DNA of 64,000 bases from Patescibacteria group bacterium (GCA_022868165.1 JALHYA010000017.1:11634-75633); one strand, 5' to 3'; numbered from the stretch's first letter, positions 27,923 to 37,449 are shown. Notes: generated by a model from the sequence alone, not told the origin. Numbers and translations are program-made.

Positions 27923-30256
27923 TCATAACTTTGCTCTTCTGATAATTTCGGCATCGACTAGTTTTAGGTCGCGGCCAAATTTGAGTCTGCTCATTTCTTT
28001 TATTATCTCCGACACTCTGGGATTTTCTTCCTCTTTGAGCTTATTCATATCGCGGGTCAAGTCCATAGAAAAAGGCGGAACAGGCTCATTATTAACGGTT
28101 GTCTTGGTGTAAACATGGAACCTGTCGATATTAAGAAGGTCGTCTTCTCCAAAGGTCGGAGTAAATTCGTGAGCCAAATAGCTAGCATCGGTTACTCCTA
28201 CCCTAAAGGCAAGTATGCTTCCGACGTTTCCGAAGACGGCGTTTTTAACCTCTTCTTCCACTTGGCCGATAAACTGGTTGGCAACCGTTAGATTAAGTCT
28301 ATATTTTCTCGCCTCGGAGAGAATTTGGGCAAAGTCGGGTGTCGCAAAATTTTGAAACTCGTCAACATAAAGATAGAAATCCCTGCGGGCATCCTCCGGA
28401 ACATCCTGTCTGCTCATGGCGGCCATTAGAATTCTCGGGACCAAAACAAGCCCCAAGAAGTTGGAGTTCTCCTCCCCTATCGCACCCTTTGCCAAGTTAA
28501 TCAAAAGAATTTTGCTTTCATCCATTACTGTTCTGAATGAGAAAGAGGACTGGGATTGGCCAATTATGTTTCTTATCATTTTATTTGTAACAAAGCGGCC
28601 GAATTTGGAAACGATATAATCCAAAACTTCGGATTTATGGAAGTCGGCTGTTTGGGCAATCTGGTCGGTCCAATATCGTCTGACAATGGGATCCTGAACC
28701 TTGGGTAAAATCTCTTGGACAAAACTTGCGTCCGTAAGAATTCTCATAACCTCTACAAAAGTGCTTCCCGGCTCGCTCATGGCCGTAAGCATTGCGTTTC
28801 TGACCGCGTGTTCAAAACGGGGGCCGACAATTCCGGTTTTATAAGGGTCGAAAAGCTTGTACATCATATTAATTACTGCGGTTGAGACAAAGTGTTTTTC
28901 GTCTTCCGTGTTTGCCTCAAGAAGATTAAGTCCCATTGGCCTCTCCGTGTCCGACGGATTAAAGTAGATAACATCCTCTGCACGTTCCGGCGGAATTAGT
29001 TTAAGCAAATCCTCGATTGCGTCTCCGTGCGGGTCCATAAAGCAAATTCCGCGTCCGGCTTTTATATCCTGCATAATAAGATCCTTAAGAAGTTCCGTCT
29101 TTCCGGTTCCGGTTTTGCCGATAATATACATGTGTCTGCGCCTATCGTCATTTGAGATATAAACTGCCCGTTTTATTCCCCGATAAGTACTTTGTCCCAA
29201 AAAAAGTCCCTCTGTGGGAATTTCTGCCGGTGCCGGGGCCGTCTTGGAATACAACCAATAGATATGCGGGGTTGTTACCTGCTTATTTGGAAAATGATAA
29301 ATAGTTGCCAACTCTTCGGAGTTTAGAATCGAAGGATGGTTTCCGAAAAGATGGAACATCGGCTGATAGCGATAGAGAAAATCTTCCATAAAGCTCCCTT
29401 TGCTTCGAATTTTGCGGCTTTTTATGTTGTTGTTTTCGCTCGCGAACTGGCTAAAGGAGGAGTTGATGTTGTCCAAAATCATTTTCGCTTTCTCGGCTGC
29501 CACGGAAACAACAACTATGCGAATTGAGGTTTCAAACCCGGGCTTGGAAATTTTATTCTCAACAGCCTCTAGGGTTTTCGCACTTGTCGAAAACTTGGCT
29601 TTCTCGGGATCGGACTCTTGTTTTTTGGTATCGGAAATAAACTTTCTTCCGTCTTTTTGCCAACTGCTTTCCACCGGAGACAACAATATTTGAATCGCTG
29701 CGGCTTCCCCAGGGCCCATTTTTGCCATTGCGGAGGAAAGTGAAGAAAGCGGGTCGGTAACCAAATCTTTGAATGTTTTTATGGGAAAGAAGTTTGACTT
29801 GGCAAGCTGCAAAGATTTGTAAGCAACTTTTCCGTTTTCGCTGAAAATATTGTATTCAGGAACTTCCAAAATTTCGGCATCCGAATATGCCCCATGAATT
29901 TGCTTTTCGATAAGGTCCTGCATTCTCTTTGGAGTCCAAACATAGAATCTGATATCTTCTTGTCTTGCTACCAACTCGAAGCTGATTGTGGGTTGAGTAG
30001 AAAATCTTTGCTTCCATCCTCCTTTTTTGATTGAGTAAAGAGATGCAAATAGCTGCTCCATTGCGTCGATTTTGATTTCATTTCCTCGAGGAACGGCAAC
30101 TTGAAGAAGAACCGAGTCTATGGAGCGCTCTTCTCTTCCCCTGAATTTAAAAAAAGTAAAAAAAATGTATGCCAAGGAAACAAGCAAGAGAAAGCTTAAC
30201 GAAATCAAAACGAGAACCAGAAAAATTGCGTTTACATCGATTGTTGCGGGGATCAT
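27923..30256 (-). CDS. membrane-anchored P-loop ATPase, type IV secretion coupling-protein-like (VirD4/TraG/TraD AAA-like family)
   Basis: N-terminal TM. Walker A IIGKTGTGKT at about aa 380. Walker B YLYVDEFQNF (T4CP-type DEF). 777 aa. Confidence 0.6.
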   Translation of the reverse strand: MIPATIDVNAIFLVLVLISLSFLLLVSLAYIFFTFFKFRGREERSIDSVLLQVAVPRGNEIKIDAMEQLFASLYSIKKGGWKQRFSTQPTISFELVARQEDIRFYVWTPKRMQDLIEKQIHGAYSDAEILEVPEYNIFSENGKVAYKSLQLAKSNFFPIKTFKDLVTDPLSSLSSAMAKMGPGEAAAIQILLSPVESSWQKDGRKFISDTKKQESDPEKAKFSTSAKTLEAVENKISKPGFETSIRIVVVSVAAEKAKMILDNINSSFSQFASENNNIKSRKIRSKGSFMEDFLYRYQPMFHLFGNHPSILNSEELATIYHFPNKQVTTPHIYWLYSKTAPAPAEIPTEGLFLGQSTYRGIKRAVYISNDDRRRHMYIIGKTGTGKTELLKDLIMQDIKAGRGICFMDPHGDAIEDLLKLIPPERAEDVIYFNPSDTERPMGLNLLEANTEDEKHFVSTAVINMMYKLFDPYKTGIVGPRFEHAVRNAMLTAMSEPGSTFVEVMRILTDASFVQEILPKVQDPIVRRYWTDQIAQTADFHKSEVLDYIVSKFGRFVTNKMIRNIIGQSQSSFSFRTVMDESKILLINLAKGAIGEENSNFLGLVLVPRILMAAMSRQDVPEDARRDFYLYVDEFQNFATPDFAQILSEARKYRLNLTVANQFIGQVEEEVKNAVFGNVGSILAFRVGVTDASYLAHEFTPTFGEDDLLNIDRFHVYTKTTVNNEPVPPFSMDLTRDMNKLKEEENPRVSEIIKEMSRLKFGRDLKLVDAEIIRRAKL

Positions 30257-30588
30257 TGTTTTCGTCCTCCTACTACCATCTGCCAGCCGAAATGAATTGC
30301 TTTCTTAATTATTCTAACCCAGAAAGCCGCAAACCAAGTCAGAGAATCATTTATGGAACCCTTTGCCACCGTTGTAAGTTGAGCCTGGTCCGCAGGAATT
30401 TGAACCGAAACGGCTCCAGAACCTGTCGGTTGGACCAACGGCTGACCTTTATCGTCGGTTACTTTGGCCTTAAACTGCGTAGGCGTCGGGGTAACGAACG
30501 ATTTGTTCTCAACTTCCATAGGAATTTCGGGAAATTCTTCCGGTCTTTCGACAACTGGAAGAGATTCCTTTTCGGGAAAAGGACTCAT
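30253..30588 (-). CDS. small C-terminally membrane-anchored hypothetical protein (111 aa)
   Basis: ATGA overlap with the ATPase gene, so translationally coupled. C-terminal hydrophobic helix WFAAFWVRII. Confidence 0.45.
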   Translation of the reverse strand: MSPFPEKESLPVVERPEEFPEIPMEVENKSFVTPTPTQFKAKVTDDKGQPLVQPTGSGAVSVQIPADQAQLTTVAKGSINDSLTWFAAFWVRIIKKAIHFGWQMVVGGRKQ

Positions 30589-30595
30589 ATAAAAT

Positions 30596-31144
30596 TCATT
30601 TTAACACCTTTGGGGGCCACGAAGTTTCGGCAGTTTTCTCCCTGGAGTTTGCTTCTCTCGCCAACATGAAGAGGAGGTCACTTAGGCGGTTAAGAAAAAC
30701 CAAAACCGAGGGATTCACTTTTTCCTCTTTCGAAAGCGTAACCACCATTCTCTCTGCCCTTCTTGACACAGACCGCGCCAGATGAAAATTTGCGGACAAA
30801 ATGCTTCCTCCCGGAAGAATAAAATGTCCCAAAACCGGAAGTTTTCCCTCCAAATAATCAATTTTCTTCTCCAGATATTTCACTTTTGAGGCCGAAAATC
30901 TTTTGTTGGCTCCCGCCAAAATTGCTCCGATTGTAAATAGGTCGCTCTGGATTTTTTGAATAAACTTTTTGCCGGAGCCGTCTTTTTCCAAAGAAGCGCA
31001 AATTCCCAAAACGCTATTAAGTTCATCGATGGAGCCGATTGAATGGACTGTCAAAGAGTCTTTTGAAATGCGGATTTTTTGAGAAGACTCTTTGTCGTAA
31101 AGAGAAGTTTCACCTTTATCCCCCCTCCTGGTATAAATAGCCAT
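30596..31144 (-). CDS. ATP:cob(I)alamin adenosyltransferase, PduO-type
   Basis: N-terminal MAIYTRRGDKGETSL signature of PduO/MMAB family. Confidence 0.8.
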   Translation of the reverse strand: MAIYTRRGDKGETSLYDKESSQKIRISKDSLTVHSIGSIDELNSVLGICASLEKDGSGKKFIQKIQSDLFTIGAILAGANKRFSASKVKYLEKKIDYLEGKLPVLGHFILPGGSILSANFHLARSVSRRAERMVVTLSKEEKVNPSVLVFLNRLSDLLFMLAREANSREKTAETSWPPKVLK

Positions 31145-31377
31145 TATTCTTTCTTCATAAAAACAAATCGAGGAACCTTCTGTCCGTTAATCTCCACCTC
31201 TTCAGTAAACATATTTTTGGGTCTAACCCAAAGCTTTGAATCGGGATTATCGTAAAGAGCCTCATAGACTACTAACTCTTCCGATGTTTCACTGTGTTTG
31301 GCCACACCGATAACTCTATAAAAATTTCCAGTTTTTGAATGTTTATAAATTCCCGGTTCTATATTCTCTTTCGACAT
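31144..31377 (-). CDS. DUF1653 domain protein
   Basis: YKHSKTGNFYRVIGVAKHSETSEELVVY matches the DUF1653 core pattern. Confidence 0.65.
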   Translation of the reverse strand: MSKENIEPGIYKHSKTGNFYRVIGVAKHSETSEELVVYEALYDNPDSKLWVRPKNMFTEEVEINGQKVPRFVFMKKE

Positions 31378-31464
31378 CTCGCGCTATTTTAACCCGCGAG
31401 GCAACCTTTTTGAAGAAGCTGTTAAAGAGTTGCGAGCGCGAGGAAATTTTTCGACAAAGCTCGC

Positions 31465-33984
31465 CTAGCATTCACTGTGGCCACAGGAGTAGCATTTTGC
31501 GCAGCCTTCTTCATAAACCAGCGCACTGGCTCCGCATGAGGGGCAGATATCACCTATTGCCATGTGTGCCTCGGAAAAAGCGGAAGCTGGAGCCGGTATG
31601 GGGTCAGAAGTTTGACTCCGGACAGGAGTTTGGTGTCCCGTCCCATTTGGGGCGGGACCATTCGCCACCACAACAGCCCCAGCTTCTTCAATGTGAGTAA
31701 CGCTGTTCGTTGCCGCATCGCCATTTGTTGCAACTCCATTTCCTTCTACTAAAGCTGCGAAACCGTTAATTTTAAAGTCGTAGTGGATAGAAAGAGCCGC
31801 CGCAATTGCATCCGGAAGTGAGCGGATTTTGTTGGGCCCAAATCCTACCGAGCGTCTTCCTCCAATTCCCGAGAGCTGTCTAGCAATTTCTCTGGCCCGT
31901 TCTTTGGAATTTAGATGACCCCTAAAGCGAAGTGCGGTTGAAATTGTTCTACCCAAAGCCTCGGCCATTGCCGCAACATCGCTTCCGGCCTTGCCTACAT
32001 TGATAAAAACTTCCAAAGGCATGTTGTCGGTAGTTTCGTTGATTGTCACAAACGCGCTGCCTACCGGCGTTGCGAGTCTGTATGTTGCTCCCTTAGCAAC
32101 CATAGGTCTTTCAATCAGCGTTGTCGCGTTATCCATGATAACCGGCTGCGGCGTTTCTTTGGCTTCTTCTTTTTTCTGGGGGACCGTTTCCAAAACCCCG
32201 GGACGGGAACCGGCTCTCATAAAAGTTACTCCCTTACAACCCAACTCATATGCCAAGTTATAAAGCTTCTTTACGTCATCAACACTAAAGCTTGCCGGAG
32301 CGTTAACGGTCTTGGAAATAGAAGCATCAACATATTTTTGAATCGCCGCCTGAACTTTTACATGGTCTTCGGGAGTAAGATCCTGGGCTGTAACAAAATA
32401 TTGCGGAGGAGTTTCTTCGGGATGCTCATTCTTCCAAGAATCATAAAGCGAATGATAGATTCTATGCTCTCCAAGCCTGTCTCTTCTTATAAACGAAAAC
32501 TCATAAACCGGCTCAATCCCAGAAGTTACGCCGGCCATAAGCGAGGTCGATCCGGTAGGCGCCTGCATAAGGATTACAGAATTCCTGGTCCCGTTTTTCT
32601 TGACTTTCTTCAAAAGCTCTTGAGGCAATTGGCCCACAAAATAGCTTTTGGTATATTTTTCGGGGTCAAATTTCGGAAACGCGCCTTTTTCGTGTGCAAT
32701 ATCGCTTGATGCGCCGTAAGCCGTATCCCTTATTAATTTATAAATTTTCTCAATAACTTTTATGGACTCTTCGCTTCCATAGCGGATTTTCATCCGAATC
32801 AACGCATCTCCCAGACCCATCGTTCCCAATCCAATCCTTCTCTCCCCCTCAAGCTGTGTCTTTTTAATTCCGTCAAAAATATAGATATCGGAATCGATAA
32901 CATTATCCAAGAACCTCACGGCAATCCTGACATGCTCGGCCAAAGAGTTGTAGTCAAAACTGCCGTCTTCTTTAACAAAAGGAACCAAATTTAGGGAGCC
33001 CAGATTGCAAACTCCATAGGCAGGAAGGCCTTCCTCCCCGCAGGGGTTAACGCAGTTAATTTTATTGAAGTAATAATTGTTGTGCCATTTGTTGTATCTT
33101 TCCATAAATACAACGCCGGGTTCGGCGGATGTCCAAGCCGCCTGTGCAATCATGTCCCAGAGCTCCCTGGCCTTAATTGTTTTGTAAATTTTTATTTTTC
33201 CGCCGGCTTCAAGCCAATTTTCCAAAATGCCATCCCATTTTTCGTCGTATATCGGGTCATCCAAATCGGGGAAAATTAGCGGCCAGTCTTCGTTTTTCTT
33301 GACCGCTTCCATAAACCTGTCCGAAACGCAAACAGAAAGGTTGGCGCCATTAATTTTACTCAAGTCCTTCTTTATGGTGATTAACTCTTCAATATCGGGG
33401 TGCCAGTCCCAAAGCATAAGCATGAGTGCTCCCCGCCTGGTTCCCCCTTGCTGGATAATATCGTGGGTGGCAACCGAATAAAGTTCTGCCCAATTAAGAG
33501 GTCCCGAAGAAAATCCGTTGACTTTCTTGACCCTGGCGCCCTTTGGTCGCAGGGATGAAAGGTTTATTCCGACCCCACCCCCGCGACTCATAATTTCAAC
33601 CATCTCCTTGAGGTTATCCAAAATTCCGTCCCTTGAATCCTTTGGACTCGGAAGAACATAACAGTTGTAGTAAGTTACGGCAAAACCGGTGCCGGCACCG
33701 GAAAGAATTCTTCCTCCGGGAACAAATTTGAACTCATCCAAAGCTTTGTAGAATTTTTCTTCCCACTCTTTTTTCTTTTTGCCGGTTTTTTCAATCTGCG
33801 CGACTCCCCTGGCTACTCTTCTCCACATTTGCTCGGGATAATCTTCCAGTGGACTGCCGGCTTCGTCTTTGAGGGAATATCTGTCTATAAAAACTTCGCG
33901 CCTTATTCCTTCAAGCACTGTTCCGTTTTCGACAGGCTCCGGCATCACCCTGAGAAGTTTTTGTGTAGTATTTTTCTTTTGCAT
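31465..33984 (-). CDS. nrdJ: ribonucleoside-diphosphate/triphosphate reductase, class II (adenosylcobalamin-dependent)
   Basis: RNR class II core motifs. C-terminal CPSCG...CAKCYSCGHSEC zinc ribbon. Follows nrdR directly. Confidence 0.9.
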   Translation of the reverse strand: MQKKNTTQKLLRVMPEPVENGTVLEGIRREVFIDRYSLKDEAGSPLEDYPEQMWRRVARGVAQIEKTGKKKKEWEEKFYKALDEFKFVPGGRILSGAGTGFAVTYYNCYVLPSPKDSRDGILDNLKEMVEIMSRGGGVGINLSSLRPKGARVKKVNGFSSGPLNWAELYSVATHDIIQQGGTRRGALMLMLWDWHPDIEELITIKKDLSKINGANLSVCVSDRFMEAVKKNEDWPLIFPDLDDPIYDEKWDGILENWLEAGGKIKIYKTIKARELWDMIAQAAWTSAEPGVVFMERYNKWHNNYYFNKINCVNPCGEEGLPAYGVCNLGSLNLVPFVKEDGSFDYNSLAEHVRIAVRFLDNVIDSDIYIFDGIKKTQLEGERRIGLGTMGLGDALIRMKIRYGSEESIKVIEKIYKLIRDTAYGASSDIAHEKGAFPKFDPEKYTKSYFVGQLPQELLKKVKKNGTRNSVILMQAPTGSTSLMAGVTSGIEPVYEFSFIRRDRLGEHRIYHSLYDSWKNEHPEETPPQYFVTAQDLTPEDHVKVQAAIQKYVDASISKTVNAPASFSVDDVKKLYNLAYELGCKGVTFMRAGSRPGVLETVPQKKEEAKETPQPVIMDNATTLIERPMVAKGATYRLATPVGSAFVTINETTDNMPLEVFINVGKAGSDVAAMAEALGRTISTALRFRGHLNSKERAREIARQLSGIGGRRSVGFGPNKIRSLPDAIAAALSIHYDFKINGFAALVEGNGVATNGDAATNSVTHIEEAGAVVVANGPAPNGTGHQTPVRSQTSDPIPAPASAFSEAHMAIGDICPSCGASALVYEEGCAKCYSCGHSEC

Positions 33985-34431
33985 TTATTTTCTGTCTTCA
34001 ATTGCCTTTTCAAAATCGCTCAAGTCCTCAAATTCCAGGTAAACACTTGCAAATCTCAACCATGCCACCTTGTCAATCTTCCTTAAACGCTTAAGAACCG
34101 CATTTCCTATCATTCTTGAAGGAATTTCTTCCTTCTCACTTCTTAGCATTTCCCTCTCTACATCCCCCACCAAATCTTCTACTAAATCCAAAGAAACCGG
34201 CCTCTTTTCTATGGCTCTTAAAACTCCCCGTTTTATTTTTTCTCTGTCAAAAGGCTCTCGTCTGCCTTCTTTTTTAACCACCCATAAAACCGAACCTTTG
34301 ACTCTTTCGACCGTTGTAAATCTCTTCCCACATTTGGCACATTCCCTGCGTCTTCTTATCCCTTCGCCGTCATCCGTTACTCTTGACTCGAGAACCTGAG
34401 TATCACTGCCTCCGCAGAATGGACATTTCAT
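33985..34431 (-). CDS. nrdR: transcriptional repressor NrdR
   Basis: MKCPFCGG...ECAKCGKRFTT zinc ribbon plus ATP-cone. Start trimmed to MKCPFCG. Confidence 0.9.
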   Translation of the reverse strand: MKCPFCGGSDTQVLESRVTDDGEGIRRRRECAKCGKRFTTVERVKGSVLWVVKKEGRREPFDREKIKRGVLRAIEKRPVSLDLVEDLVGDVEREMLRSEKEEIPSRMIGNAVLKRLRKIDKVAWLRFASVYLEFEDLSDFEKAIEDRK

Positions 34432-34478
34432 ATATGAAAACAAAAAACGCTATCGGCAGTAACGAGGTCAATAATCTA

Positions 34479-34494
34479 ACACTAGATATAGCCA
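34479..34494. promoter_or_regulatory. candidate NrdR box (ACACTAGATATAGCCA)
   Basis: 12/16 match to the NrdR-box palindrome acaCwAtATaTwGtgt, upstream of the nrdR-nrdJ operon. A second box was not convincingly found. Confidence 0.3.
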
Positions 34495-34635
34495 GTCAAC
34501 TAGTAAGTTGTATGTCAAAAAATATCATCTCACGCACGCCCCGTGACTGGAGTTTTCACTTTAACCGAAGATTTTCCGCATAACGAAAATGGTGTTAAAT
34601 ATTAATGGTGAAAATTTTTTCGTCGAAAGGTTGGC

Positions 34636-35271
34636 TTATGGTCGTTCGAATGGGTTTTCCGGAACAGGCACTCCCTTGGAATTTAGGGCGTCCCGGGCCT
34701 CTTTGAAAGCGTTTTTGGCATAATCCTCGGACTGAACAATTCCGGGTTTTGCATCTTCCGGAGCAATTTTTAATATCTCTTCCAACACTTCTCTATGTTT
34801 GAGAGCCGCATTGGCCAACTTCTGCCAGAACGGCACCGTATCCAAACCCTTCTTTGTATTCTCTTTCCCTTGGTTCACGGCCATTTCCAGATATTTTTCT
34901 CCTTTGCTTAAAGACGGAAATGCAACCGATGATTTGTTTCTTTCAAATAAAATCTTGCTCGAAGCCAGCCTTTTGTCGGCGAAAAGAAGCATCAAATCCG
35001 CTTTCTTCCCACTATCGGTAGTTATAAAAAGCCAAAGCCTGTCTCTTGCTGCTTTGAGAAGCCAGAAAGGGCTATCCGGGAGTATTGAACCGGGATAAGC
35101 GAGAGAATAATCGATTATGACTGGTTTTTCGTTGGATGGAGTACTTGTCGGTTGTGGAGATGCGGGGAGAGCAAATGCGTACTTAATTGATGCGGTTTTA
35201 AGAACAGAAATAAAAAGAATTAAGGACGCCACCGAAAACGCACAACAAATATATGCAATCCGCCTAAACAT
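34636..35271 (-). CDS. hypothetical secreted/membrane-anchored protein (211 aa)
   Basis: N-terminal hydrophobic segment. No family recognised. Confidence 0.45.
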   Translation of the reverse strand: MFRRIAYICCAFSVASLILFISVLKTASIKYAFALPASPQPTSTPSNEKPVIIDYSLAYPGSILPDSPFWLLKAARDRLWLFITTDSGKKADLMLLFADKRLASSKILFERNKSSVAFPSLSKGEKYLEMAVNQGKENTKKGLDTVPFWQKLANAALKHREVLEEILKIAPEDAKPGIVQSEDYAKNAFKEARDALNSKGVPVPENPFERP

Positions 35272-35337
35272 TAGGGTAAGGATAATAGTACTTCTCTTTC
35301 AAAAGCTAGTCAAGCTCGAAGGTTGAGTTTCCAGTCT

Positions 35338-35364
35338 CCATTCCCAAAGGACATGAAGGAAGAT
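35338..35364. repeat. 27-bp direct repeat copy 1 (CCATTCCCAAAGGACATGAAGGAAGAT), duplicate of the CPBP gene 3' end
   Basis: Matches 35627-35654 at 27/28 positions. Confidence 0.6.
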
Positions 35365-35605
35365 AAGCAAAGCTTGCGACTTAGTCTAAAGCAAAGCTTG
35401 CTGCTTCGCAGTAAGAAGTATTTTAAGCTTAATCTTGATTCCGAGGGAACCATTTTTAAAAATGTGTCGAACCAGCCCCAAGAAAGACAAACGATTCTGG
35501 TAAAAGTTCTCTGGCTGGTGAGACGCAAGCGAGGAGCGGAGTCTACAAAATAAGCTCAATTATACTCGACGAGAGTTTTTTAAAAATGCGTTTCCGAAGG
35601 AATCT

Positions 35606-36247
35606 TTATCTAAACAAAATAATGGGCCATTCCCAAAGAACATGAAGGAAGATTGAAGAGAAAACATTCTTTGTCCGGGCAAAAACAAAAGCCGAACCCA
35701 ATCCAAAAAGAGCAGTGATAAGTAGATTTACCATTGTTGCCGAAGCGCCCAACTGCAGAACAAAAATGTAAATCGGAACGTGTATTAGAACCCAAACAAG
35801 AGTTGTTATTACATTGGCGAGCCATTCATTTTTCAGAGCAAGCCACAACCTGTTAAACATATATCCCCTAAACGCAATCTCCTCACTCACGGCTGTTGCA
35901 AACGATATTCCCAAAGCCATAGGAAGCGTCTTGTCTCCAATATTTGCCGCAAAACTTAGGCCGTTGTGCTTAATAAAATTGATAATCAGCGCCTCCATCA
36001 CAAAAAACGAACCCAGGGCCAGAGAAAAATAAACGGAGGGGAAGAGGTTTTTGACTGTTATCCCCAAAGAATCCAAACCCAAGCCCTCTTTTTTGATAAT
36101 TACAAAAACCGGTATCAACCAAATAATGGGTTTTACAACCAACTCCTCTACTTCATCGGGTAGTTGTATTAAAAACCTGTAAAGTCCCCAGACTATCAAA
36201 AGATATGTTGCGTAAACCGTCGCTGTTTTTAAATAATTTTCTTTCAT
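35606..36247 (-). CDS. CPBP family intramembrane glutamic endopeptidase (CAAX protease/Abi-like)
   Basis: EEIAFRGYMFNRL motif 1. Multiple TM. Conserved His in the downstream TM. Confidence 0.75.
   Translation of the reverse strand: MKENYLKTATVYATYLLIVWGLYRFLIQLPDEVEELVVKPIIWLIPVFVIIKKEGLGLDSLGITVKNLFPSVYFSLALGSFFVMEALIINFIKHNGLSFAANIGDKTLPMALGISFATAVSEEIAFRGYMFNRLWLALKNEWLANVITTLVWVLIHVPIYIFVLQLGASATMVNLLITALFGLGSAFVFARTKNVFSSIFLHVLWEWPIILFR
35627..35654. repeat. 27-bp direct repeat copy 2 (overlaps the CPBP stop region)
   Basis: Matches 35338-35364. Confidence 0.6.
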
Positions 36248-36729
36248 TGCCCTTTCATTTTACATTCTTTATATGCTAGGCCGATGGCTTTGATAACCAT
36301 ATCTACTCTTTCTTTCGCCTCGGTGACACTCAGAGCATTCTTTTCGTTGGGAAACCAATGGAAAACCAAATTTCTGCAATTTTTCCAAGTGTCCCAAAGG
36401 GTATCCGCAAGCATGTTTGTCCCGGTAAAAGCGACCAGTTTGTCGTAGACGCTCTCGCTCCTGAAACTTTTTTCCAGAGAAGGATTTAAAGCTTTCCCGA
36501 TCCTAAAATGCTTTCCGTAGTAATCCTGGGGGGTGATAAACTCCAAATCCAAAAACAATTTTTTCAAAAATCCTTCGTAGGCTTTGGCTGCAGGAAAAAC
36601 CACAAAAGCATAGTCATGGAAATCCTCCTTGCCGTAATATGTTTCGGACAACAAAACCGCCTCATTTAGAAGCTTCTGAAGATCTTCTCCCAGGTAATTC
36701 CACCAGACCTCTTTCGACAGCTCACCCAT
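36244..36729 (-). CDS. hypothetical protein (161 aa) with R-x4-H (HEPN-like) motif
   Basis: NCRNLVFHW carries an Rx4H motif. Overlaps the CPBP start by 4 bp. Confidence 0.45.
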   Translation of the reverse strand: MGELSKEVWWNYLGEDLQKLLNEAVLLSETYYGKEDFHDYAFVVFPAAKAYEGFLKKLFLDLEFITPQDYYGKHFRIGKALNPSLEKSFRSESVYDKLVAFTGTNMLADTLWDTWKNCRNLVFHWFPNEKNALSVTEAKERVDMVIKAIGLAYKECKMKGQ

Positions 36730-37358
36730 TATTTTATTCCCAAAGTAACCGAAATGGTCAATTTTCCGCTGCTTTCGGCAAGTCCAACAAATCCGCTCGT
36801 TTTGTCCTTCTCAAAAGAAATAGTCTGCATTGCCTCTTGAGCAAGCTCGTTGTCTATCTTCCAACCACCAGCCGTAAGTTTATCTTTATAGAATAATTTT
36901 ACTTGGGTCACCGAGTCCGTCGTTTCCCAAACGACAGAAATTCCCTTGCTGTCTTCTCCGGTGGTTGTCCAAGAGGATGTTAGTTTGGCTCCGGGATAAA
37001 TCGGAAAATCGCTTGGGAAACCATCCGGCAGTTTTCCTTCTGCCGAGTAGGAAAACTGTCCTCCCTTACCGTCGAAGCTAATCTTTTTGCCGTCATTCTC
37101 CACCTTGACGTTTTCTCCTGCTGTCTTGGAAAGGAAAAGTGAGAGAAATTTTGAACTGATTTTCCCCCCTAAGCTTCTCCACAAAACCCGGGCCGCAAAT
37201 CCAACCAAAACCAAAACGGCAAGAACCGATAAGAGAATAATCAGTAGCTTGTTAGACTTTTTCTTGGGCTCTTCCTTTTCTTCTTTTTTATCTTCCAGTT
37301 TATCTTCCAAAAGAAACTCACCTCCTACCAAAAAACAATAGTCCAATAATATTATCAT
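36729..37358 (-). CDS. hypothetical membrane-anchored protein with Lys/Glu-rich N-terminus
   Basis: Start chosen at MIILLDY, which follows a GGGGTTT...AAACCCC hairpin. The list ORF extends to 37397. One TM helix. Confidence 0.45.
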   Translation of the reverse strand: MIILLDYCFLVGGEFLLEDKLEDKKEEKEEPKKKSNKLLIILLSVLAVLVLVGFAARVLWRSLGGKISSKFLSLFLSKTAGENVKVENDGKKISFDGKGGQFSYSAEGKLPDGFPSDFPIYPGAKLTSSWTTTGEDSKGISVVWETTDSVTQVKLFYKDKLTAGGWKIDNELAQEAMQTISFEKDKTSGFVGLAESSGKLTISVTLGIK

Positions 37359-37449
37359 GCGGGGTTTTAAGTCAAACCCCGAAAGCCTGTATGACATCCT
37401 CCCCGCTTTGAAAAGCGGGGTTTCCTCTAAAGGAGAATGACATATCAGC

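Noticed and set aside
36244-36729. Confident HEPN/HepT toxin call
   Set aside because: Only a single R-x4-H motif supports it. No adjacent MNT antitoxin. Kept as low-confidence in the features.
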